A stretch of DNA of 32,000 bases, from positions 360,001 to 392,000 of the forward strand of contig NZ_PQWO01000002.1 in the NCBI RefSeq assembly GCF_003231495.1, in the 5' to 3' direction. A program made the position numbers and the translations under genes. The notes under the pieces are model-generated. The model searched no databases, was not told where the DNA came from, and saw only the letters and a program-made list of their open reading frames with translations. The stretch comes from Acaryochloris thomasi RCC1774 (GTDB lineage: Bacteria > Cyanobacteriota > Cyanobacteriia > Thermosynechococcales > Thermosynechococcaceae). Below, one piece after another: positions 17,409 through 26,335 of this stretch (position 1 is the stretch's first letter; the number at the start of each line of letters is the position of its first letter).

Positions 17409-17721
17409 TGTGGATCAACCCTCAAACAACGCGACTGTAGAATAATAGGCTTTAAGTTCTGGTCATCTTACCATTATGTTTTGATCTGACTGACCCGAAT
17501 TTATGGCGGTACACGCATCGAGTAGGACCATAAAGCCAATGGTTGAAATCTATATAGATCTGCCAAAAAGTGGCTGTCCTAACTTCGTTGGCTACTGCTG
17601 TAGACCTTTGCGTTTGATTGACGTTGAGCACCTGTGCAAAAGTTCCGGCTACTTCCGGTTGTGGAGCATTGATGGCGCTAACTAAACTTCGCTGCTGTCC
17701 CTACTGCTGCTTCATGCTTGT

Positions 17722-19002
17722 ATGAATATTGCTCTTTTTGGTACTAGCGCAGATCCACCGACGATCGGTCATCAGGTGGTTCTAGAATGGTTGGTGCAAC
17801 GCTTTGACCTTGTGGCTGTTTGGGCATCAGATAATCCATTTAAAGGGAATCAAACGCCCCTTGAACATCGTCAGCAAATGCTGCGGCGCTTGGTAGACCA
17901 GGTGCAAGTACCTCAGATTCAGCACGATCCCAATCTGAGCGATCCGAGGACGCTGAATACGGTGAATACGGCCCGTCTACGCTGGCCTGCGGCTCAGTTT
18001 ACGCTAGTAGTGGGCTCTGACGTGCTACCAACTCTTTTGCACTGGCATCGCGTTGCAGAACTTTTGAGGCTCGTAAAGATTTTGGTAGTGCCGCGCTCCG
18101 GTGCGCCGCTGATGGAGGCGACGCTGCAGGCGTTGCGATCGCAACAGGCAGAAGTTGCGATTGCAGACTTTCTCGGCCCCGATATTTCTTCGAGCGCTTA
18201 CCGCAACACCGGCAATTCGGCTGGACTGCCCGAGACCATCTCAACCTATATTCAAGAGCATGATTTATACCCCAAACCTACAGACTCCCTTGAACTCCCG
18301 TCGGATCTGCCCCTAGCGGGTTTCAATGTGGGCGTCGATAACGTCATCTTTTCCGTTGATACCAACCATAATCAGCTTCTGGTGCTGTTGGCGGTGCGTC
18401 AGACGCCGCCCTACGTGGGGCAGTGGGCCTTGCCGGGAACACTTGTCCGGCAAGGCGAGGCCCTAGAAAATGCTGCCTATCGCATTTTATCTGAGAAGAT
18501 TCGGGTTCAGAACCTTTACCTAGAGCAGCTCTATACCTTTGGCGGCCCTAACCGAGATCCGCGAGAATCAGCAGAAAGCTCCCGCTACCTGTCCGTGAGC
18601 TACTTTGCCGTCGTGCGCTATGAAGAAGCTATTTTGATGAGCGATGAGCGACATCTGATCTCGTGGCACCCCATTGGACAGATTCCCCCGCTGGCCTTCG
18701 ATCACGCACAAATTTTGGCCTACGGTCATAACCGACTCCGCAACAAGCTAGAGTACAGCCCTGTGGCCTTCGACGTTTTGCCCGACTTGTTTACCCTCAG
18801 CGATCTCTATCAGCTCTACCGCACGGTACTGGGCGACCAATTTTCAGACTATTCTAACTTCCGCGCTCGGATTCTAAAGCTGGGTTTTTTGGCGGCGACC
18901 GGCCAAAAAGTGGGTCGAGGTGCCGGTCGCCCTGCCTCGCTTTATCGATTTGATGCGGAGGCCTTTGCGCCCCTCAAGGATAAGCCGATGGTGTTTATTT
19001 AG
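17722..19002 (+). CDS. nadD: fusion protein: NadD-type nicotinate/nicotinamide-nucleotide adenylyltransferase + degenerate Nudix domain + NrtR-like winged-helix C-terminus
   Basis: The N-terminal part has GTSADPPTIGH (a (H/T)xGH nucleotidyltransferase motif) and DISSSAYR (an ISST-type motif). The middle part has a Nudix fold whose box reads PGTLVRQGEALENAAYRILSEKIRV, so the REUxEE glutamates are partly lost. The C-terminus (YSNFRARILKLGFL..TG....GAGRPA.LYRF) is typical of the NrtR winged-helix domain. Confidence 0.8.
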   Translation: MNIALFGTSADPPTIGHQVVLEWLVQRFDLVAVWASDNPFKGNQTPLEHRQQMLRRLVDQVQVPQIQHDPNLSDPRTLNTVNTARLRWPAAQFTLVVGSDVLPTLLHWHRVAELLRLVKILVVPRSGAPLMEATLQALRSQQAEVAIADFLGPDISSSAYRNTGNSAGLPETISTYIQEHDLYPKPTDSLELPSDLPLAGFNVGVDNVIFSVDTNHNQLLVLLAVRQTPPYVGQWALPGTLVRQGEALENAAYRILSEKIRVQNLYLEQLYTFGGPNRDPRESAESSRYLSVSYFAVVRYEEAILMSDERHLISWHPIGQIPPLAFDHAQILAYGHNRLRNKLEYSPVAFDVLPDLFTLSDLYQLYRTVLGDQFSDYSNFRARILKLGFLAATGQKVGRGAGRPASLYRFDAEAFAPLKDKPMVFI

Positions 19003-19009
19003 TCGTCTT

Positions 19010-20131
<1,122 letters not shown>

Positions 20132-20238
20132 CTAAGCAATGCAATGCTTCTGTAGATTCAGATTTTCGATAAGAAAGATGATCTTTTGTTCGTTTCTCGT
20201 AATGAATTCAAGGACAGGCGTCCCTTGCATAGAGAGAT

Positions 20239-20272
20239 AATTCGGCCCCTCAATTTTGCGAAGGGCCGAATT
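20239..20272 (-). terminator. stem-loop immediately after the transporter stop codon (putative intrinsic terminator)
   Basis: AATTCGGCCC (20239-20248) pairs with GGGCCGAATT (20263-20272) around a 14-nt loop. On the minus strand it abuts the TAA at 20273-20275 and is followed by a moderately T-rich stretch (TTATCTCTCT). Confidence 0.5.
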
Positions 20273-22528
20273 TTAATCGTTATCTAAAACCTCAATAAAA
20301 TCTAAATCTTCAGAGGCCAGTACAAATAAAGTCGTCGGTAAGCCTGCTGTCCGTTCCTGCAGCTTGGTGTAGTACTGGCTGTAGTTTTCGTGTGGCGTTG
20401 CCATGCCTAAAACCACTAGGTCCGCTGTTTTCGACGATAGCTGCAGAATTTTATCAAAGGGCTGTCCGTCAGAAATCAAGACTTCAGCAACGGCATCCAC
20501 CCGTAGTCGTTTCAGAACCGCTTTGATATTCATGCGAGCAGCTTCTGCTGCGGCCTGATTGGGCACCACCAGCTTGAGCCAGACAACCGCATTGCGCCAT
20601 TCCCGGCTGGTCCGCAGGAGATCGGCCACAATCAGCATCAGACCCCCGTTATTTTTGAGTCCTCCCCACCACACATCGATGCGAGACCGCAATCGCAGGC
20701 TCCGAGGCTGGGGCGTCTGGTAGCGCAAGATCACAACGTTCCGCTGCACCTGATGGAAGTTCGCAATCATTTGGCAGTAGCGATCTTGGCTCTCTGACTC
20801 TCCGGTTGCCCCCAGCACAATCGTATTGGGGACCAGCGTCCCTAAGCCATAGGCTTCTACTAACCGCTCTGCCCCTTCAAAAAAGTCCTGTCCCTGGACG
20901 AGGCGTACTAATGCCTGCGTCCCACGACGCTCTAAATAGTCCTGGATCATCGCCTCCATGGTCACCTGCTGATGGGTGTCCCGTGCCCCACTGGGCAAAA
21001 CGCTGGCAATCGTAACCAGGCCGCGATTGTGGGAAAGGGCAGAGGCGAACTCCACGAGGTGCCAGCGCCGCGACGGTACGCCTGACAGCACTAGAATGTG
21101 GGGCCGCCAATTCTTGACGTCAGGAACGCGAGCTAGATTGAACAAACCCATTCGTACCAAGGTCATCCACATCCCCTGGCGCACATCTCCCCAAGTGCTC
21201 TCGATCTCTTGCCGCTCTAGCCAGAGATAAATAGCGAGCGAAACGACGGCGGCGACAATGGTGGCAAATCCATTGATCAAAAACATGACGGCAATGCAGC
21301 CGACTGCCCCTGCCAAAGAGAAGATCCAATGCACTTTGAACGTGGGTCGAAAGGAGGGACTACGGACGAATCCCTCAATGGCTGCTGCCACATTGAGCAC
21401 CATATAGGTGGTCAAGAAAAACATGCTCAAAATGGGAGCGATCAGGTTGATATCTCCCAGCAGCACTAGCGTCAGGGCTAGTGCCAGAGTTAACAGGGTT
21501 CCCCATTTGGGTGTGTCGCTCGGACCGCTGCCTTGTCCTAACCAGCGTAGTGAACGGGGCAAAACACCATCTCTCGCCAGTGCCTGCAAAACGCGTGGGG
21601 CACCTAAAATACTGCCGATAGCGCTTGATAGGGTGGCTCCCCAAACCCCGAGAAAGATCGCATTGCCCCATAGAGAAATGCGGCGCATTACGAGGGGATC
21701 CTGGACAAGGCTTGGGAAGTCGGCTCGAAACGCCAGCAAAATCGGCAGCAGCATATAGACGAGATAGCCGGTTCCCACTGCGGCGAGCGTGCCTTTGGGA
21801 ATGGATCGCTTGGGATCTTTGAGGTCGCCGGAGAGATTGACGCCTGCCATAATCCCGGTGACGGCAGGGAAGAAAACAGCAAAGACGGCCCAAAAATCGG
21901 CGGCTTCAGCAATGGGCAGGGCGACTGGAGCCCCAAGAGGATTGATGTCTACCCCCGCTAATGGCTTGCCGAAGACCAGTGAGGCCAACGACAGAATGAT
22001 GGCGCCCATGATGATGTACTGGGCTTTCATTGCGATATCAAGGGACCGCAGCGCCAGGAGGCCAATGATGGCTGTAGTGATTAAGGCCACTAGGGTTTGG
22101 TTGAGATTTGGAAACGCCTGCACTAAGCTTTCGGCGAATCCTAAGGTATACAGCGCCACAGAAAAGGCTTGGGCAAAAAAGAGCGGGATGCCGACGGCTC
22201 CGCCGGTTTCAATGCCGAGGGATCGGCTAATCATGTAATAAGCGCCGCCTGCTCGGACCGTTTGATCAGTTGCGATCGCAGCTATGGAGAGTGCCGTCAG
22301 AAACGTAATAGAGGTCGACAGCGTCACGATTAGTAACGTATTGAAGAGCCCCACATTACCCAGCACCCAGCCGAAGCGCAGGTACATGATGACTCCTAAG
22401 ATCGTTAAAACCGAAGGCGTATAAACGCCAGCGAACGTCCCCAGACCTTGCGGAGTTTCTGGACTAGCCTCATCACCCTTCTGATCGGTTTTTGCGAAGC
22501 GGTTTAGCGGAAAAAAGGGCATCGGCAA
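20273..22528 (-). CDS. APC-superfamily transporter of the SLC12/cation-chloride-cotransporter type (N-terminal permease + large cytoplasmic C-terminal domain)
   Basis: About 12 transmembrane helices carry APC/SLC12-like blocks (GAYYMISRSLG.E.GGAVG, FFPAVTGIMAGVNLSGDLKDP.RSIP.GT). A C-terminal domain of about 280 aa follows, opening with KNWRPHILVLSG, the SLC12 C-terminal-domain hallmark. Confidence 0.85.
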   Translation of the reverse strand: MPMPFFPLNRFAKTDQKGDEASPETPQGLGTFAGVYTPSVLTILGVIMYLRFGWVLGNVGLFNTLLIVTLSTSITFLTALSIAAIATDQTVRAGGAYYMISRSLGIETGGAVGIPLFFAQAFSVALYTLGFAESLVQAFPNLNQTLVALITTAIIGLLALRSLDIAMKAQYIIMGAIILSLASLVFGKPLAGVDINPLGAPVALPIAEAADFWAVFAVFFPAVTGIMAGVNLSGDLKDPKRSIPKGTLAAVGTGYLVYMLLPILLAFRADFPSLVQDPLVMRRISLWGNAIFLGVWGATLSSAIGSILGAPRVLQALARDGVLPRSLRWLGQGSGPSDTPKWGTLLTLALALTLVLLGDINLIAPILSMFFLTTYMVLNVAAAIEGFVRSPSFRPTFKVHWIFSLAGAVGCIAVMFLINGFATIVAAVVSLAIYLWLERQEIESTWGDVRQGMWMTLVRMGLFNLARVPDVKNWRPHILVLSGVPSRRWHLVEFASALSHNRGLVTIASVLPSGARDTHQQVTMEAMIQDYLERRGTQALVRLVQGQDFFEGAERLVEAYGLGTLVPNTIVLGATGESESQDRYCQMIANFHQVQRNVVILRYQTPQPRSLRLRSRIDVWWGGLKNNGGLMLIVADLLRTSREWRNAVVWLKLVVPNQAAAEAARMNIKAVLKRLRVDAVAEVLISDGQPFDKILQLSSKTADLVVLGMATPHENYSQYYTKLQERTAGLPTTLFVLASEDLDFIEVLDND

Positions 22529-22879
22529 TTGTATGGCATTGACAACAGGTGAAGACTACGGCCCGGGTCTAGAGAATCCCTTTACCTGTAGAGATAATCA
22601 GGTATTGAGACATTCTTAGTTTTAGCACCCCAACTCGATCCTTGAACTCCGTATCTCGCACTGCCCGGTTTTGGGGTAACTCGCACTGCTCGTTTTCTGG
22701 TCATTTATCTATTGGGTAGAAGAGCTAGGTCTCATTCAGACCCGCTATGCAGAGCGACCAATCATCCGCTAGATTGTGAGGATAATATTAGAGATATGGG
22801 TGTTGGCGAAAAGCCTAGGCGCTACCATTTCTAATCCGTTGAGTGATCTTTATCGTCTCAGTACCATTGGGCCGCAATT

Positions 22880-24766
22880 TTGAGTTCTTTCCTGGGTAAA
22901 CTTCGCAACCTATTCACCGATCAGCCCTCGCTGCCTGTCTCTCACGCCGGGGCGCTGGCCAAGGTTTATGGTGACGATCTCGATAGCCCAGAAGCGTTTA
23001 TCAATCGAGCTAATAAACGAGCCGTCAATGGTGATGTCGACGGTGCCCTGGACGACTTCAACGAAGCGATCCAGCTTAACCCAGCTAAGGCTACAGCCTA
23101 CTTTAACCGCGGATTTCTACATAATACTGTCGGTCGATTTGAACAGGCGATCTTAGACTTCAGTGAAGCGATTCAGTTGCTTCCAGATTACGATGAAGCC
23201 TATTTTCATCGCGGGATTGGGCGTGCCCAATCGAATGATTTGCAGGGAGCCGTCGGTGACTTCAGTCAGGCTTTGCAGATTAATTCTTTATGCGTCAAGG
23301 CTTACTATAGGCGTGCTGAAGCCCTTGCTGAATTAGGTGATGAGAAAGGCGCTTTAGCTGACTATTCGCAGGCGATTCTCAACGTACCGAGAGACGCCAA
23401 TGCTTACTATCGTCGGGGACTGTTTTTGGCGAGACTCGGAGAACAGCCCACCGCCATTAACGACTTTACCCAGGCCATTGAGCGTAAGTCAGACCATGCC
23501 GATGCTTATTTTCATCGTGGCTATTGCTATGCCCAATTGGGCGATGAGGCCAGGGCCACTCAAGACTTTAGCCAAGCATTGCTCTATGACCCCAGCCACG
23601 AGGCCGCTCAATATAATCGCACCTATTCTCTAGAAGCGCTTAAGGGTGCCAGTGATCCTCCGCCTCTTTTGCCGTCAGCTCAGGAACCTGTTTGTGCGCC
23701 AGAACGGCAGCTTGAAGCCGCAACGGATCCACTCCCAGGTGAGGCTCAATTTGCCCCCTCTTCGACATCCAGCATTGAGGTTTCTTGGTCTGAGTCAGTT
23801 CCTCCAGAGGTAGAACTATCCTCCTCCTCCTCTCCGCCGCCAGCGGTTATGCCGCCTGAGTCTGTGGAAAGCTATTTTGACCGCGCTCAAGCTCGGGCCG
23901 TCCAAGGCGATTTATTGGGTGCGATCTCAGATTACACCGAAATTATTGAGCGAGATCCCCACAACACGCAGGCCTACTATCAGCGCGGTCAAAGTCGCAA
24001 TGCTCTTGGGGATGCTGATGCCGCGATGCAGGATCTAGAACAAGCCATTCATTGGACCCGTCTTCAGTCGTTGAGTCTTCTTAAGGACTTCAGTGGTGAA
24101 CTGGCAGATACCATCGCCACGCTCAAAAGTGATCTGCCCGCCAACCCGCAGCCATCTGATAAGACTCTGCCGCCGATAGAATCGGCTATTGAAGCGACTT
24201 CCCAAGCCATTCGTGATAACCCTAACGATGCTCATGCCTTCTTTGAACGGGGTAAAAGTCGGGCCTTACTCGGTGATTTAGACGGAGCGATCGCAGACTA
24301 TACCGAGTCGATTCGCCTTGACCCGACCCAAAGTGAGGTCTACTACAAGCGTGGGCGCAGTCGTGCTGCTCTGGGAGATAGTCAAGGAGCCACTGAGGAT
24401 CTCAATCATGCGATTCGGCAAAAACCCCTAGCAAAAACACCGCGGCCTTCAAAAAAGAGCGAAGGGCCGCTACCCTTTGCGAATCGAATGTCTCCTAGTC
24501 AGTGCGATCATCAAGGCAACCTGCCTCACAATCGATTTTGCATTCACTGTGGTATCCCTTTGGCGTTAGATGTTCAGCCACAGCCACCTTCGGAGGCCGA
24601 GACCTTGTTTGAGCAGGGGGTTACCTCAGCCAAGACTGGAGATAAAGTCAGCGGTATCAAAGCACTGGCAAGCGCTCTACCTCTTTTTCTAGAGCAGCAG
24701 AATATGGACCGTTACCAAGAGACGATGAAGATGATCCAGCACTACTCCAATGATCTGCCGTCATGA
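22880..24766 (+). CDS. multi-TPR repeat protein with Pro/Ser-rich linker and C-terminal zinc-ribbon-like segment
   Basis: The 34-residue periodicity repeats throughout (A..DF..AI.L.P..A.AY..RG). The central low-complexity linker is PPEVELSSSSSPPPAVMPPE. The C-terminal segment is CDHQGNLPHNRFCIHCG. TTG at 22880 is the only in-frame start after the stop at 22844-22846. Confidence 0.8.
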   Translation: MSSFLGKLRNLFTDQPSLPVSHAGALAKVYGDDLDSPEAFINRANKRAVNGDVDGALDDFNEAIQLNPAKATAYFNRGFLHNTVGRFEQAILDFSEAIQLLPDYDEAYFHRGIGRAQSNDLQGAVGDFSQALQINSLCVKAYYRRAEALAELGDEKGALADYSQAILNVPRDANAYYRRGLFLARLGEQPTAINDFTQAIERKSDHADAYFHRGYCYAQLGDEARATQDFSQALLYDPSHEAAQYNRTYSLEALKGASDPPPLLPSAQEPVCAPERQLEAATDPLPGEAQFAPSSTSSIEVSWSESVPPEVELSSSSSPPPAVMPPESVESYFDRAQARAVQGDLLGAISDYTEIIERDPHNTQAYYQRGQSRNALGDADAAMQDLEQAIHWTRLQSLSLLKDFSGELADTIATLKSDLPANPQPSDKTLPPIESAIEATSQAIRDNPNDAHAFFERGKSRALLGDLDGAIADYTESIRLDPTQSEVYYKRGRSRAALGDSQGATEDLNHAIRQKPLAKTPRPSKKSEGPLPFANRMSPSQCDHQGNLPHNRFCIHCGIPLALDVQPQPPSEAETLFEQGVTSAKTGDKVSGIKALASALPLFLEQQNMDRYQETMKMIQHYSNDLPS

Positions 24767-25029
24767 TTCAGCTCATTCTCTACAGCAAGCCGGGCTGTCA
24801 CCTCTGTGAGGGACTTCAAGAAAAACTGGAGCAGATTCAGGAGCCACCGCTGCAGTTAGAAGTTAGAGACATCACGATCAATGATGCTTGGTTCCAGGCC
24901 TATCAGTACGAAGTTCCCGTCCTGTTCCAAATGGCAGCAGATGCGACGGAGAAACAACTTCCTCGTCCCTCTCCTCGCCTCTCGGTTGAACAGCTCCAAA
25001 AGTTCCTCCATAAATCCTTGAAAGCTTAG
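24763..25029 (+). CDS. glutaredoxin-like thioredoxin-fold protein (DUF836-type)
   Basis: An 88-aa protein starting MIQLILYSKPGCHLCEG, with a CxxC site at the typical position after beta-1, and a later YQYEVPVL. Its ATG overlaps the TPR gene stop (ATGA). Confidence 0.75.
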   Translation: MIQLILYSKPGCHLCEGLQEKLEQIQEPPLQLEVRDITINDAWFQAYQYEVPVLFQMAADATEKQLPRPSPRLSVEQLQKFLHKSLKA

Positions 25030-25190
25030 AGAGCAGCTTCTCGAAAGTTGGAGTTGGTCGCAAATCGTTCCTAAGCTCCCTGATCTCAAATGAAGAGCTT
25101 GTGTTCTTGACAGCAAGGAATCTTGGGAGAAGATGATGTTGATAATCGGGTTTTAGGGAATACTCTCTGTATAGTAAAAATATTAAAATT

Positions 25191-25412
25191 GTGCCTGAAT
25201 ATTCTTCGCAACAGCAGTCTCCGAAAAATTATCAGCCTCAAGAAGCCCAGCTCATCATGGGTCTCAAGCATCATTTCTCAAAAACGTTGAGTGAGGTTCC
25301 TTTAGATGTCGCGATACAGGCGGTCTCCAAAGTATGGCAGTCCTGCCAAATTGAGCAAGATAAAAAAGATATGGAGCGCGGCAAAAGGGAAGATGACGTC
25401 ATCCATCTCTAG
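25191..25412 (+). CDS. hypothetical small protein
   Basis: The ORF opens at a GTG at 25191, with an internal ATG at 25257 (MGLKHHFSK...). It is preceded by AT-rich, -10-like sequence (TATAGTAAAAATATTAAAAT). I recognise no family. Confidence 0.3.
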   Translation: MPEYSSQQQSPKNYQPQEAQLIMGLKHHFSKTLSEVPLDVAIQAVSKVWQSCQIEQDKKDMERGKREDDVIHL

Positions 25413-25486
25413 TCCACGTTTGTGATGGTTTCTGACCGGCTTGCCGACAGAGGAAGAGCTAAGTCTCTGCGGACAATCGAACGGTA

Positions 25487-26137
25487 CTACTGGCTATCAC
25501 CAATCATCGGTCTCAGCGCTTCAATATATCTGTGGCGCGGGGTGATAATCGCCAGCAAAATTCCCAAGCCGTCATTAACAATCGTTTTCTGAGGGGTCCG
25601 AACTGAAAACGGAATCAGATTCATAATCCCTGCGCAGCAGCTTGTGACTGCCAATGTTTGGAGGGCGATCATTCCCACCTGATCTGAGTTGCGTAATAGG
25701 TGATTGGGGCCCACGACCACAAGGATGAAGACCGCAAGTATGATCTCGATCCCCGGTCCTGCCAGATAGATCAAAGCGTTTTTCACGCGCGGTAGTTCTA
25801 GGTTCGTGGGGCGACAACGGGTAAAGCCCTCCAGTGGCAGCAATCGCCACTCCACTGCAATGGAGCCGATGTGGAAAGAACGCAAAGGTCGCCCAATTCC
25901 GATCACAACTTTATCGACAGACCACCCTAGAACACTTGCCATCGCTGCATGTGCCGCTTCATGCAAAACCAGCAGCGGAAACCAGAAGAAGACAAAAAAG
26001 AAAAAGCTGAACTTGGCGGGCTGGAAATCCTGGGCAAACTCCAATGCCAGTAGGCTGGCTGCCAGGGTAATGAGCAGCCCCACCAAGAGCTGCTCATTTG
26101 GCGTTTGTGGTCCTCGCTGCGGTGAGGGATCGAACAT
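25487..26137 (-). CDS. M50/site-2-protease-like membrane metalloprotease
   Basis: An HExxH motif is embedded in a transmembrane helix (LVLHEAAHAAMASVLGW). A later NLIPF........NDG segment resembles the N-x2-P-x4-DG second zinc-site motif. The protein has several transmembrane helices. Confidence 0.7.
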   Translation of the reverse strand: MFDPSPQRGPQTPNEQLLVGLLITLAASLLALEFAQDFQPAKFSFFFFVFFWFPLLVLHEAAHAAMASVLGWSVDKVVIGIGRPLRSFHIGSIAVEWRLLPLEGFTRCRPTNLELPRVKNALIYLAGPGIEIILAVFILVVVGPNHLLRNSDQVGMIALQTLAVTSCCAGIMNLIPFSVRTPQKTIVNDGLGILLAIITPRHRYIEALRPMIGDSQ

Positions 26138-26335
26138 CTCGGCGATTGTGAATAGAGTACATTCAGTCTACCCATATCCCTCATGCCGGGGCTGTCTTAC
26201 TTGCTCGATTCCCCGACTCAATTGATGCGTTGCAAAAGTCTCTGGAAAAGCTGCATGATCTATCCTAATTTTGGGCATGGTTTTTAGACACTGGAGCAGC
26301 TTAGAATAAGCTCTGCAGCAGCTCATAGGTCAACA

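Noticed and set aside
20806-22238. A stack of 65-172-aa ORFs on both strands inside the transporter gene (for example 21375-21893 minus, and 21789-22238 plus).
   Set aside because: Their translations are Arg/Pro/Ser/Gly-rich with no motifs, and they lie in alternative frames of a well-supported 751-aa CDS. They are typical alternative-frame artefacts of GC-rich coding DNA.
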